NCBI GenBank assembly: GCA_048772705.1
Contig: JBLWGC010000217.1
Coordinates: 26,455-90,454, forward strand
DNA: 64,000 nt
Direction of reading: 5' to 3'
Source of the DNA: Leidyana gryllorum EB-2025a
Taxonomy: Eukaryota > Protista > Apicomplexa
Both the position numbers and the translations under genes were made by a program. The stretch's first letter is position 1, and every line of letters begins with the position of its first letter. Shown one piece after another: positions 48,848 to 61,105 of this stretch. Below the pieces are notes generated by a model, which saw nothing but the letters and a program-made list of their open reading frames with translations, had not been told where the DNA came from and ran no database searches.

Positions 48848-48918
48848 GCACTTGTGGTCCAAGGGTAGGATGCGAGCTTCCCATGCTCGCAGCCCGGGTT
48901 CGAGTCCCGGCAGGTGCA
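48848..48918 (+). tRNA. trnG: tRNA-Gly(CCC)
   Basis: GCACTTG/CAGGTGC-A, CGAGC-TT CCC AT-GCTCG. Confidence 0.88.
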
Positions 48919-49338
48919 GCCGATCGTACAGACTTGCCCATGGCTGCAACAGTATTTTCAACCGGGTCGAAGAGCAATGCACTTTAGACTGCTTGTCCGA
49001 GCCAGGAATCGAGCCTGGGTTTGCACGGCCACAACGTGCTGTCCTAACCACTAGACGACTCGGACAATCTTTGAGCAAGGCTGTAGAGGTAGCAAAGCAT
49101 CGATCAGGGTGGAATGGAACAGGAGTGTCAGACGAACTACGTTGTAAGAAGTCCACTCCTCAACTCCCGGCGGACGGAATTTGCTCGTCGAATATTTGAT
49201 GCCACCACTACAATCACATGCGTTGCCATCTAAGCAACTCGGGCCGTGAGAGTACTTCGGGGCGGTACCCCGCACCCAGAACGACATCGACGTCGCAACG
49301 GAAGCGATTAACTTTCTGGAACTCAGAGAGAAAGTAAC

Positions 49339-49422
49339 GCACAGATGCCCGAGTGGTCTGAGGGGCCAGACTCAAGTTCTGGTAGGCGCAAGTCTGCATG
49401 GGTTCGAATCCCATTCTGTGCA
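49339..49422 (+). tRNA. trnL: tRNA-Leu(CAA); other copies 34287-34370(-) and 57605-57688(-)
   Basis: GCACAGA/TCTGTGC-A, CCAGA-CT CAA GT-TCTGG, long V arm. Confidence 0.87.
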
Positions 49423-50744
49423 ACGGCGATCATCCCAAAAAAAAGCTGGAAAAGGTCACAGTAGATTCGAATCTCCATTTGTATATTCGGTTGCATGCAC
49501 CCAAGTATTCGGCTGTTGCTCTGCTGGTATAATCCTTCCTCAGAGTGGAAGGAGTCCTGGGTTCGATTCCAGAACAGCCCTCTTGGTCGTCGGTTGACCC
49601 GACGGGACAAGTTGCCCTCACAACCAACATAGCCACCTCGTTAGCCCACTTCGGCACTCAAGGCCATTAACATCTCAAGAATCGCATTTCGGCTCCCTCT
49701 TCCATGTTGCAGACTGAGCAGTGTAGCTCAGTGGAAGAGTGTTGGGCTCATAACCCAAAGGTCCGTTGATCGAAACGACGCACTGCTAAGTGTGCGCAGG
49801 AGGGAAACAGTTATAGAATTGATTGGGTCGTGAGCAAAGCCTTCTGCCGAAATTGAACCGGCGACCCATCGCTTACTAAGCGAATGCTCTGCCCCTAAGC
49901 TAAAAAGGCACCCCTGTCTCGATCCATATGAGGGTTTGATGCTGGGAATAGCATCATTTCCACCACAGAATGTCGTGTGATGTGATTGGAGGGGTCAGAC
50001 ACCAACTCAAGCGTGAATCCCTGGAATGGTGGGAAAACCAACTGTGTCTTCTGCATCTGCCGGGAATCGAACCCGGGTCGTCTCGATGGCAACGAGACAT
50101 TCTACCACTAGACCACAGATGCATAATATCTTGTTGAGCTAGTCGCCCGCTGTGCAGACCTCATAGCATTCGGTGGTTTTCGCCCCTCATCAGATACCTG
50201 TTTCCAGAGACACACGCCCCTTTCACAGTCCGAAAGATCCGCGCAGCCGTGGTCTAGTGGTTACGACGTCTGCTTCACACGCAGAAGGTCCCGAGTTCGA
50301 TCCTCGTTGGCTGTAGCTCGCAACTTTATCTGAGCACCAGGAAATCTGAAGCGGAAAAACGAACTGTGCTCCGAGACCGGGAATCGACCCTGGTCTTCCG
50401 CGTGATAGGCGGAAATCCTAACCGCTATACTATCTCGGACGCTCTGGATACGCCGGCCTCCAACCCCAGAAGTTCTTCCATTCTGAGATTCCACGGATAG
50501 AAAACGCGTGGGGCGGCGAGCCAACAACATTTCGGCAAGATGGCCGAGTGGTCCAAGGCGCTGTGTTCAGGCCGCAGTCCGAAAGGGCGTGGGTTCGAAT
50601 CCCACTCTTGTCAGGCGTTGTAGTCAGGACAACCTGCGACTTCATCCCAGCATGCCCCACGATGCGCGCGGGACAGCCCGCCGTGCACGTGGCACCCGGC
50701 TAACTTTTGTCGATACAACTGCCACATGATTCTCCAGCTAAGTT

Positions 50745-50827
50745 GCCTTCTTAGCTTAGGGGCAGAGCGTTCGCTTCGTAAGCGAGAAGTCGCCGGAAGG
50801 GCGTGGGTTCGAATCCCACCCTTGTCA
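50745..50827 (+). pseudogene. Chimeric Thr(CGT)(5')/Leu(3') tRNA
   Basis: Thr through AAGTCGCCG, then Leu V/T arm GAAGGGCGTGGGTTCGAATCCCAC..TTGTCA and Leu flank. Confidence 0.82.
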
Positions 50828-51075
50828 GCCGTTTTGTCGGCCCTCGGTCAGCCACTGGATGCAATAGGTCTTCCATGTAGAGCGCATGGGCGGCTAGCTC
50901 AGATGGTAGAGCGCTCGCTTCGCATGCGAGAGGTACTGGGATCGATACCCAGGTCGTCCAAAGTTCGTACGGCTGCACGTGGCGGGATCCAAACAAACTT
51001 ACATCTTTGAAGAGTCGCAGACCACAAGTGCCATTGGGAGAGCAGCGCAGTCAATGTTTAGTGTGCCTCTGAAAC

Positions 51076-51148
51076 CGGTCCTGGCAGGTTTCGAACCTGC
51101 GACTTTGTGGTTAACAGCCACACGCTCTGCCGACTGAGCTACAAGACC
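51076..51148 (-). tRNA. trnN: tRNA-Asn(GTT)
   Basis: intact consensus copy. Confidence 0.9.
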
Positions 51149-51554
51149 CAGCTACAATGGTTCAGAGGTTAGTATAGAAATCCTCCTTTTTCTACCGCAG
51201 GATTCTGCAACCAGGTCTTGTCAAGAGGGTACGGCTCTCGGCTAAAGCTGCAGCTGAGGGAGTTGTCCACTGTAGTCTAAGTGGCTAGGATATGCGGCTT
51301 TCACCCGCACGATCCGGGTTCAAGTCTCGGCAGTGGAAGCTACTCGAGCAAAGTGCCTCAGTCACTAGCCGAAGGAGCCGACTGATGTGTTCAGCAAAGC
51401 CTTATGATTGGTACTGAACCGGCCACTCCGACCTTCTTCCACCCGGCCAAGCAGTCATTCAAAAGGCCAATACTGACATCGAGAAGGGGGTGTACCTACA
51501 TCGCTACCAATTCGCACGGGATTCCCGATGGAAGGTGTAGCCCGTTCCGCTGTC

Positions 51555-51636
51555 GGCAAGGTGGCCGAGTGGTTAAGGCGGCGGCCTGCTAAGCCGTTGG
51601 GTTTCACCCGCGAGAGTTCGAATCTCTCCCTTGTCG
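51555..51636 (+). tRNA. trnS: tRNA-Ser(GCT), variant body
   Basis: CT GCT AA; T stem GAGAG/CTCTC versus GTGAG/CTCAC in other copies (compensatory pair). Confidence 0.9.
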
Positions 51637-51845
51637 GTAGGTAGCATTCGGGAAAAAGCACAATTGGTTCACTCATTGAAGTGAGCTTTCTGTCCGACCC
51701 AAATCCAACGCTCTACGCTGGGCGCTATATACAGGAGCCACTTAAAATATTTCAGAGGTCAGTAGAGAGACCCGTGTTGCGTGTGTCCAGTTGGGGAAGC
51801 GATAGTACGGATAATTCTACCGACTCTTCTGGGATGTGCTGAACC

Positions 51846-51917
51846 GGTTGCGTGGTGTAGTGGTTAGCACTGGAGACTCTGAATCTCCCGACCTGGGTTC
51901 GATTCCCGGCGCGACCT
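51846..51917 (+). tRNA. trnQ: tRNA-Gln(CTG)
   Basis: intact consensus copy. Confidence 0.9.
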
Positions 51918-53643
51918 TGGAAGTGGTCCTCACTACTCCCTGAAACTTCGTCATCTCTTGGGCTGCGGGGACCATTCGTGCAGCCACGGTCTAGTGGTCT
52001 CGACGTACACGACCGTTTTGCTTCAAATGAGAAGACAGAATCGAGTTGAGCGAGTATGAGGGGCAGTTCTGGGTACGTAGCTCAGTGGTAGAGCAGCTGA
52101 CTGCAGATCAGCAGGCTCGTGGTTCAACTCCGCGCGTGCCCTGGAGATGGGCTAAAACGCTCGAAGTTGTTGGTCCAATTTTCCTGACCACAATGCAATG
52201 AGTCTGGAGCGGGGCCTATGGCGGAACGTAGCGGGTCTGACTGCAGCTTAGAAAATTGGGCGTTTGAATCACTCAATTTGACCTCATGATCTTCCCGTAT
52301 GGGGGGCAACCTGAGAAGAGTGGGATTCGGGCCGACGCCCTTCCAGCGCTGCGCCGTCTACAGCTTCTTGCCAGTGTCTGAATGGCTCTGATGTTTGATT
52401 CTAACTCAGGGGGATCCAGCATCCGGGTCGGTGCCATCTGTCGTCGCAGAAGTGGTCGCGTAGCTCAGTCGGTTAGAGCGTGAGCCTAATAAGCTCAAGG
52501 TCCCCGGTTCGAGCCCGGGCGTGACCAAGTGAGTAGATCTCTGATAAAGAGTTGCCCGGACCCAAGGAAGCCCCAACATTCTGCGACCAACTTTTGGGAT
52601 TGGAGGGCGGCGTGTTCACAGCGTCCGAGATAGTATAGTGGTTAGTATTTCCGACTGTCACTCGGAAGACCCGGGTTCGATTCCCGGTCTCGGAGACAGA
52701 TCGTCTTCCGCTCTAGATTTCGTGATGCTCGTCTGAACGATGCGTGTTACAGCCACCGAGGATTGAACTCGGGACCTTCTGCGTGTTAAGCAGACGTCGT
52801 GACCACTAGACCATGGCTGCACGGAGCTTTTGGCTGCGAAAGGGGCGTGTGTCTTTGGAAACACATATTCGATGAGCCTGGTTTTTACGTACCGCCCTAA
52901 GTTGGACGGCCTAGAGTAGTCCGGACTCATCGCCTTGTATTCAGGAATGGAGGTGTCACGCATCTGTGGTCTAGGGGTAGACTGTGTCGTTGCCGCCGAG
53001 ACGACCCAGGTCCGATTCGCGGCAGATGCAGAGAAGATGGCAGATTTTTGATTGAGGTACCATTCTGGGGTTTCAGGCGTGAGTTCTTGCTGCATCTTGT
53101 ACGTGGTGACAGCCGTTGTTAGAGAGCCTATCGATGCACCAAGGCCTTCTGTCGGAATCGAGCCGCCGACGTCTCGTTTACGAAGCAAACGCTCTGCCCC
53201 TAAGCTTACAAGTCAATCCAAGAAGGAAATCGCGCATCTAAGCCCGTTGAGGGAGGTTGTTGAAGCACTCCAAGGACTTCCACTGCCCCTCATGTGATCG
53301 AGACAGGGCCTGCCTGGTTGCGAGGAATTCTGACACCAGATGTCACGACCTCTCTTCCTCGGCCGTGGCTCGAACACGGGACTTCCCGATCTTCAGTCTG
53401 GCGCTCTCCCAACTGAGCTACCGGGGCGCTAGACAGTCATGGAAGGCGGTGAAAATAAGCACTTAGCGAGACCGTATGTGGGGCCAACTTACGCATGAAC
53501 TGTTGGAATGGTGGGCGGCTATCTCAAGTGGTAGAGCGGTGACTTGGCAGGCGAGAGGTCAGTTTAGACACCTATCAATGGGCAGGACAGGCTGAACATG
53601 GGGGCATTTGGTCACTCCTCGCGGCATGTCGAATTCGACAGTT

Positions 53644-53725
53644 GGCAACTTGCCCGAGTGGTTAAGGGGGTAGACTTGAAATCTACTGGGCCTGGCCCGC
53701 GCTGGTTCAAATCCAGCAGTTGTCG
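53644..53725 (+). tRNA. trnS: tRNA-Ser(TGA)
   Basis: GTAGA-CT TGA AA-TCTAC. Confidence 0.9.
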
Positions 53726-54375
53726 TGCGATCTGATTGGAGGGGCAGACAACAACTCACTCGTGAAACCCCAGAATGGTGCCTCAATCAGCCATCTGCCA
53801 TCTTCTCTGCATCTGCCGGGAATCGAACCTGGATCGTCTCGATGGCAACGACACAGTCTACCACTAAACCACAGATGCGTGACATCTCCATTCCTGAATA
53901 CAAAGCGAAGGGTCTTAAAACTAGTCCAGGCCGTCCAACTTAGGCCGATACATAAAAACCAGGCTCATCGGATACGTGGTTGCAGAGACACACGCCCCTT
54001 TCGCAGTCCGGAAGCTCCGTGCAGCCATCTAGTGGTCACGACGTCTGTTTAACACGCAGAAGGTCCCGAGTTCCATCCTCGGTGGCTGTAACACGCATCG
54101 TTCAGGTGAGCATCACGAAATCTAGAGAGGAAGACGATCTATCTCCGAGACCGGGAATCGAACCCGGTATTCCGCGTGACAGGCGGAAATACTGACCACT
54201 ATACTATCTCGGACGCTAGTAAAGATGCCGGCCTCCAACCCCAGAAGTCCTCGCATTTAGAGATTTCACGGACAGGAAACGGGTAACACTTCGGCAAGAT
54301 GGCCGAGTGCTGTGTGCAAGCCGCCGTCCGGAAATGCGGGCGGATGATCGCAACCATGTTTAGGCTAATGACTGA

Positions 54376-54447
54376 AGCCTCCTGCCGGAATCGAACCAGC
54401 GACCTTTCGCTTAGAAAGCGAATGCTCTGCCCCTAAGCTAAGGAGGC
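54376..54447 (-). tRNA. Thr(TGT)-body tRNA with TCT (Arg) anticodon
   Basis: TTCGC-TT TCT AA-GCGAA (54413-54415); otherwise matches 16355-16426. Confidence 0.75.
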
Positions 54448-55485
54448 ATTCCCTGTCTCGACCCATATGAGTTTTTGATGCTGGGAATTGCATCATTTCC
54501 ACCACATCGCACGACAACTGCTGGATTTGAGCCAGCGCGGGCCAGGCCCAGTAGATTTCGAGTCTACCCCCTTAACCACTCGGGCAAGTTGCCACCTGTC
54601 GAACTCGGCATTTTGCGGCCAGTGATGTCACATACGGTTCAGCAAGCTTGACCAGGACCCCAAACCGTGGTGAAAAAGTGCCAGCGAGTAAGACATGTCG
54701 TCGGCAAGGTGGCCGAGTGGTTAAGGCGGCGGCCTGCTAAGCCGTTGGGTTCTACCCGCGTGAGTTCGAATCTCACCCTTGTCGGTAGCATTCGGGGAGA
54801 GCGCATCTGCTTCAATGATTGAACTGAGGATTTTGGCCGACTCGAATCCAACGCTTTACGCTGGGGTCTGTATACAAGACCCGTGTTGCATGTGTCCAGT
54901 TGAGGAAGCGCTAGTCCGACTCTTCTGGGATGGGCTGAACCGGTTGCGTCCTTGGTGGTTAGCACTCGACACTTTGGATTTTCCGACCTGGGTTCGATCC
55001 CGGCGCGACCCTTGAACTGGTCCTCACTACTCCCTGAAGCTTCGCCACTTCTCTTGGGCTGCGGGGACCATCCATGCAGCCATGGTCTAGTGGTTACGAC
55101 GTCTGCTTAACACGCAGAAGGTCCCGAGTTCGATCCTCGGTGGCTGTAGCTCGCAACTTTCAGCGGGCACCAAAAAAGACAATCTTAAGCGAGATCAACT
55201 GTGCTCCGAGACCGGGAATCGAACCCGGGTCTTCCGCGTGACAGGCGGAAATACTAACCACTATACTATCTCGGACGCTCCGAACACACCGGCCTGAAAC
55301 CCCAAAAGTCCTTCCAACTTGAGATTCCAGGGATAGAAAACGCGTGGAGCGGCGAGCCAACAACATCCCGGCAAGATGACCGAGTGGTCTGAGGCGCTGT
55401 GCTCAGACCGGAGTCCGAAAGGTCGTGGGTCCGAATCCCACTTTTGTCAGGTTGCGCCCCAAACGGGAAAAACATAGAGTCCGGT

Positions 55486-55557
55486 TGAGCCCAGAGTGAT
55501 TCGAACACCCAACCTTCTGATCTGTAGTCAGACGCGCTACCGTTGCGCCATAGGCCC
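55486..55557 (-). tRNA. Trp-body tRNA with ACA anticodon (second copy)
   Basis: inverted duplicate of 15245-15316. Confidence 0.8.
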
Positions 55558-57753
55558 AAAACCATCCCCCGTTCCAGACTCATTTACCGGCAATCGGCCC
55601 GCTTCTTAGGCGTGACATGCGAAAATAGTAACCACTATGCTATCTCGGACGCTCCGAACACGCCACGGACATTCCATTCGTTCAGAAAACGGCCGTTACC
55701 GTGTACGAGCTTCAACAACAAGGTGTCACGCATCTGTGGTCTAGTGGTAGAATGTCTCGTTGCCATTGAGACGACCCGGGTTCGAATCCCGGCCGATGCA
55801 GATGACACATGGTTGCTTTTCCACCATTCAGAAATTCAAGCGTGAGTTGGTGTTTAACCCTCCAACCACATCGCACGACAACTGCTGGATCTGTCCAGGC
55901 CCAGTAGAATTCAAATCTACCCCCCTTCCCCACTCGGGCAAGTTGGCAACTGTCGATTCCGGCGTGAGGCGAGGAGTGGCCGGCCGCGGTAAGTGCTTAT
56001 TTTCACCGCCTTCCATGACTACCTAGTGCCTCGGTAGCTCAGTTGGGAGAGCGCCAGACTGAAGATCTGGAAGTCCCGTGTTCGCTCCACGGCCGAGGCA
56101 GCGAGTTTGTGACATTTGGTGTCATCCCTCGCGCCCGTGCGAGCCTTCTGCCCGCGTCGGACATAGTATAGTGCTTAGTATTTCCGCGTATCACTCGGAA
56201 GACCCGGGTTCGATTCCCGGTCTCGGAGACACTTCGTTCTTTCGCTTTAGATTTCGTGGTGCTCACCTGACAAACGCGAGTTTACAGCCACCGAGGATCG
56301 AACTCGGGACCTTCTGCGTGTTAAGCAGACGTCGTGACCACTAGACCATAGCGGCAGCGAAGGTCCCGCAGACCAAGAGAAATGGCGAGGTTTCACGAAG
56401 TGAGGACTAGTTTTGAGGTGGCGCCGCAACCAGGTGTGCTCCGAGACCGGGAATCGAACCCTGATCTTCCGCGTGTCAGGCGGAAATACTAACCACTAGA
56501 CTATCTCGGCCGCTCTAAATCCGCCGGCCTCCAACTCCAAAAGTCTTTCCATTTTGTTGTGCAGACCCCATCGCATTTGTTGGTTCTCAACATAGTATGA
56601 CCACTATCTCAACTGTACTCAGCGGGTTGCACGACCCACAGGCGGCTGTTTGGTCTAGTGGTATGATTCTTCCTTCGGGTGGAAGAAGTCCTGGGTTCGA
56701 TTCCCAGAACAGCCCGGTTGCTTGTCGGTTGACCCGACGCTCCATCTCATCTCAAGATGGTACGGCTTTCGTCCAAAGCTGCAGCTGAGGAAGTTGTCCA
56801 CTGTAGTCTAAGTGGCTAGGATATGCGACTCTCACCCGCACGATCCGGGTTCAAGTCCCGGCAGTGGAAATCCAGCAAGGTGTGCTTGTAGGCAACGGTT
56901 CCACTACTCCCAGAGACATTGATTTGCACCGCCCGCGGGGCTCGAACCCGCGACTGCAAAATTAAAAGTCTTGCGCTCTACCGACTGAGCTAGGGCGGCA
57001 AGGAAGCTCTAAACTTAGTTACACCCTATTTGCCGGTGGGTGGATCCGTGGAAGTATTGAGTGGTGGAACAATGTGCTTCAGTAACTTCCGTCAATAGGG
57101 ACTCATTCGTGATGTCCAGTTAACATTGCCTTCTTAGCTTGGGGCAGAGCACTCGCTTAGTAAGTGAAAGGTCGCCGGTTCGATTCGGGCAGAAGGCTTG
57201 GCTGACGAGCCAATCTGTCCTGCAACTGTTCCCTTCTGCGCACACTTAGCAGTGCGTCGTTTCGATCGACGGACCTTTGCGTTATGAGCCTAACACTCTT
57301 CCACTGAGCTACACTGCTCAGTCTGCACCATGGAAGAGGTAGCCGGAATGTGATCCTCGAGATGTTAGTTGCCCTGACTGCCCTACCGAAGCGGGCTAAC
57401 GAGGTGGCTGTGTTGGTTCTGAGGGCAACATGTCCGGTCAGACAATAGGGCTGTTCTGGAATCGAACCCAGGACTCCTTCCACTCTGAGGAAGGATTATA
57501 CCAGCAGAGCAACAGCCGAATACTTGGGTGCATGCAACCGGATATACAAATGCAGATTCGAATCTACTGTGGCCTTTTCCAGCTTTTTTTGGGATGATCG
57601 CCGTTGCACAGACTGGGATTCGAACCCATGCAGACTTGCGCCTACCAGAACTTGAGTCTGGCCCCTTAGACCACTCGGGCATCTGTGCATTACTTTCCTT
57701 CTGAGTTCCAAAGTGTTAATGGCTTCCGTTGCGACCTCCGATGTCGTTCTAAC

Positions 57754-58355
57754 TGTTGTAGTTCGTGTTTGCCTGATGGTCAACTTCCTATCGGGTGGCC
57801 AAATTCGACTTGGTGAAATTTCCAATCGAATTAACATCCATCTGGATACTTCCCTACATATTTGGCACTTATATAGGGGCATGTATAAGATGGTGAAAAG
57901 GCATTATTAACGAACGTAAAGCAACTACTACTAAAGCGTAAAGGCTAATGCACCCTAGTGGTCTGAACTCTCTGCGACAGTGTAATTGTGCAGACACTCG
58001 CATGAATGATCAGAGTGTGGTGTCGGGGAGAACTACCGTGTGTGTCCAGCGCGAGGCTCCGCAAGAGTGCGAGCGACTGGCACATGGGTGGAGTGAGAGA
58101 GACACCAGAGTGAGAGACACACGCAAGCAAAGTTGGCTAAGTCAGAGTTGGACTAGGCAAGAGGCGGCCTAAGATAACTTTTGCACTTGGTAGAACAAGC
58201 CGTAGTTCTTGTTTTGCGCCGTCGTGTGCGACATATTCGTGGTAGACTTGTCGGCAAAAATACTAACTTGGTTCTAAGTCTGACTTGTGGTCGAAAGTAT
58301 GCAGAGATGAGAACTGGGCCTTGTTCCCCTTGAGTAGCGACTTGGGGTTACAACA
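57754..58355 (-). mobile_element. Solo LTR of an LTR retrotransposon (copia-like termini), 602 bp
   Basis: TGTTGTA...TACAACA 7-bp inverted termini; 5-bp TSD CTAAC at 57749-57753 and 58356-58360; empty paralogous sites near 34431 and 49275; TATATAA on minus strand at 57869-57875 suggests orientation; no tRNA-like content. Confidence 0.88.
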
Positions 58356-58571
58356 CTAACTGCGGTGTGCCACCCCGAAGTACTATCACGGCCCGGGGTG
58401 CTTAGATGGTAACCTATCTGACTGTAGTGGTGGCATCAGATATTCCACGAGTAAATTCCGTCCCACCCGAAGTTGAGGAGTGGACTTCTTGCAACGCAGT
58501 TCGTCTGACGCTCCTGTTCCATCCCATCCTGATCGATGCTTCGCTACCTCTACAGCCTCGCTCAAAGATTT

Positions 58572-58643
58572 GTCCGAGTCGTCTAGTGGTTAGGACAGCA
58601 CGTTGTGGCCGTGCAAACCCAGGCTCGATTCCTGGCTCGGACA
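58572..58643 (+). tRNA. trnH: tRNA-His(GTG)
   Basis: matches the 4053-4124 copy. Confidence 0.85.
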
Positions 58644-59286
58644 AGCAGTCCAGCGTGCATTGCTCTTCGCCCTGAAATGTTGAAAATATCGTTGCAGCCA
58701 TGGTCAAGTCTGTACGATCGGCTGCACCTGCCGGGACTCGAACCCGGGCTGCGAGCATGGGAAGCTCGCATCCTACCCTTGGACCACAAATTCACTTGAG
58801 AAAGAGCTTCAGCACCATGAGACTCGGCCGCAGTCTGCGTTGAGCTAGTGGGTGCCTCAGGTACTGGCAGCTTCCAGTCCTTCGACTTTGTGGCTAAGAG
58901 ACTTACCCTGTGCTGGCTGAGCTACGAGGCTCAGCTACGATGATTGGAGCTTGAGAGACTTAAGCTTTGCAGGTGCCGAGTCGATGCAGTCAAGCCTTCT
59001 GCCGGAATCGAACCGGCGACCTTTCGCTTACTAAGCGGATCCTCTGCCACAAGCTAAGAAGGCAATGCAAGCCGAAGATCACGAATCAGACACTATTGCC
59101 GGAGATTGCTGGGCACTTTGCCCAAGTATTCCACTGACTTCAGCCACTGACTTCCACTGCCGGACTTGAGCGCGGAGCTTGCGGGTGAGGCCGCATATCC
59201 TAGCCACTCAGACTACAGTGGGCAACATTCCACAGCGAAGGCAGCTAGTCAGCCAAATCATCGAAGTAAAGTGCTGAGCATTCGGC

Positions 59287-59359
59287 TACCTACGGCGAGA
59301 CTCGAACTCGCAACCTTTGGATTAGAAGTCCAACGCGCTATCCATTGCGCCACGTAGGC
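59287..59359 (-). tRNA. trnR: tRNA-Arg(TCT)
   Basis: TTGGA-CT TCT AA-TCCAA, intact A/B boxes. Confidence 0.9.
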
Positions 59360-59878
59360 CGCGGCTTTTCGACTAGATTGAAATAACAACATTCAGGTTT
59401 TTGGACCACGCGCCAGCCGTTTCTCTGCAGCCAAAGTTGCATGGAGTTTGGACGACCTGGGTATCGATCCCAGTACCTCTCGCATGCAAAGCGAGGCACC
59501 ATCTGAGCTGGCCGCCCATCCGTACAACATGGAAGACCTATTGGATGCAGTGGCTGACCGAGTGCCGATACAACGGCTGACAAGAGTGGGATTCGAACCC
59601 ACGCCCTTTCGGACTGCGGCCTGAACACAGCGTTTGAGACCACTAGGCCACCTTTCCGGAATGTTGTTGGCTCGCCCTTCCACGCGTTTCCTGTACTTGG
59701 AATCTCAAAATGGAAGGTCTTCCGGGGTTGGAGGCCGGGGTATTAACGAGCGTCCGAGATAGTATAGTGGTGAGTATTTCCGCCTGTCACGCGGAAGACC
59801 CGGGTTCGATTCCCGGTCTCGGAGCACACTTAGTTGGTTTCGCATTCTCCCCTTTGGTTCCCGCTGAAAGTTGCGAGC

Positions 59879-59951
59879 TACAGCCACTTGGGATCGAACT
59901 CGGAACCTTCTGCGTGTAAAGCAGACGTCGTAACCACTAGACCATGACTGC
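59879..59951 (-). tRNA. trnV: tRNA-Val(TAC), T stem imperfect; another imperfect copy 45620-45692(-)
   Basis: TCTGC-TT TAC AC-GCAGA. Confidence 0.7.
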
Positions 59952-61032
59952 ACGAAAGCTTTGCGGGAACCAAGAGAAGTTGCGAAGTTTCAAGAAGTAG
60001 AACTAGTTGCGAGGTCGCGCCGGGAATCGAACCCAGCTCGGGAGATCCAAAGCTTCCAGTGCTAACCATTCACGACCAAGAATTAAAAGAGTGTATGAAG
60101 TCATTGGGATTGGAAATGAATGCGTTCAGAGCTGGTACCCACCCGATCGTTGGCGTGGCAGGCGGAAATATAACTTTGATACCATGTCGGAGGCACGTCC
60201 CAACCTCAGAGCCCAGCTTTTCCATTCTCTAGCTTCAACAGACAGGGAACGCTTGGAGTAGCGGGACAGGAACCGAGCTGATAAGATGGCTGAGGGGTCC
60301 AAGGCGCTGTATGCAAGTCGCAGTTCGAAAGGGCGTGGGTCCAAATCCCACTCTTGTCAGGTTGAGCCTGACACGGGAAAAACAAAAGAGTCTGATTGAG
60401 CCCATAGTGATTCGAAAACCCAACCTTCTGATCTGGAGTCAGACGCGGTACGTTGGCCATAGACCCAAAACCATCCCCCGCTCCAGACTCATTACTTGGT
60501 GGTCAGGAATGGAGGTGTTACGCATCTGTGGTCTAGTGGTAGAATGTCTCGTTGCCATCGAGACGACCCGGGTTCGATTCCCGGCAGATGCAGAGGACAC
60601 ATTGTTGTTTTTTCCAGAAATTCATGTGTCAGTTGGTGTTTACCTCTCCAACCACATCGCACGACAACTGCTGGATTTGAACCAGCGCCGGACAGGCCCA
60701 GTAGATTTCTAGTCTACCCCCTTAACCACTCGGGCAAGTTGCCGCTGTCGAACTTGGCATTCTGCAGCCAGTGGCTTCGCATACGGTTCAGCACTGCTCG
60801 CGCCGGCACGAACCCGCCGTTCTCGCATCGAACGTCTTGCGCGCCACCGACGGAGTTGGGGCGGCAAGGAAGCTCGCCCTGTACCTGGGGAAGGCCCAAG
60901 ATCCCACGATCAATACAAATGGAATTGGTTACTAAGTCCGAATCTGTATCAGAGATCCACTCACTTGACCACGCCGACATTCCTTTTCCAAGACGGTACG
61001 GCTCTCGGCCGAAGCCCCAACTCAACCACTCG

Positions 61033-61105
61033 TCCACTGTAGTCTAAGTGGCTAGGATATGCGGCTTTCACCCGCACGATCCGGGTTCAAGTCCCGGTCT
61101 CGGAG
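61033..61105 (+). pseudogene. Chimeric Glu(TTC)(5')/Asp(3') tRNA
   Basis: Glu through GTTCAAGTCCCGG, then Asp 3' strand TCTCGGAG and Asp flank cacagttgatctcgc. Confidence 0.85.
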
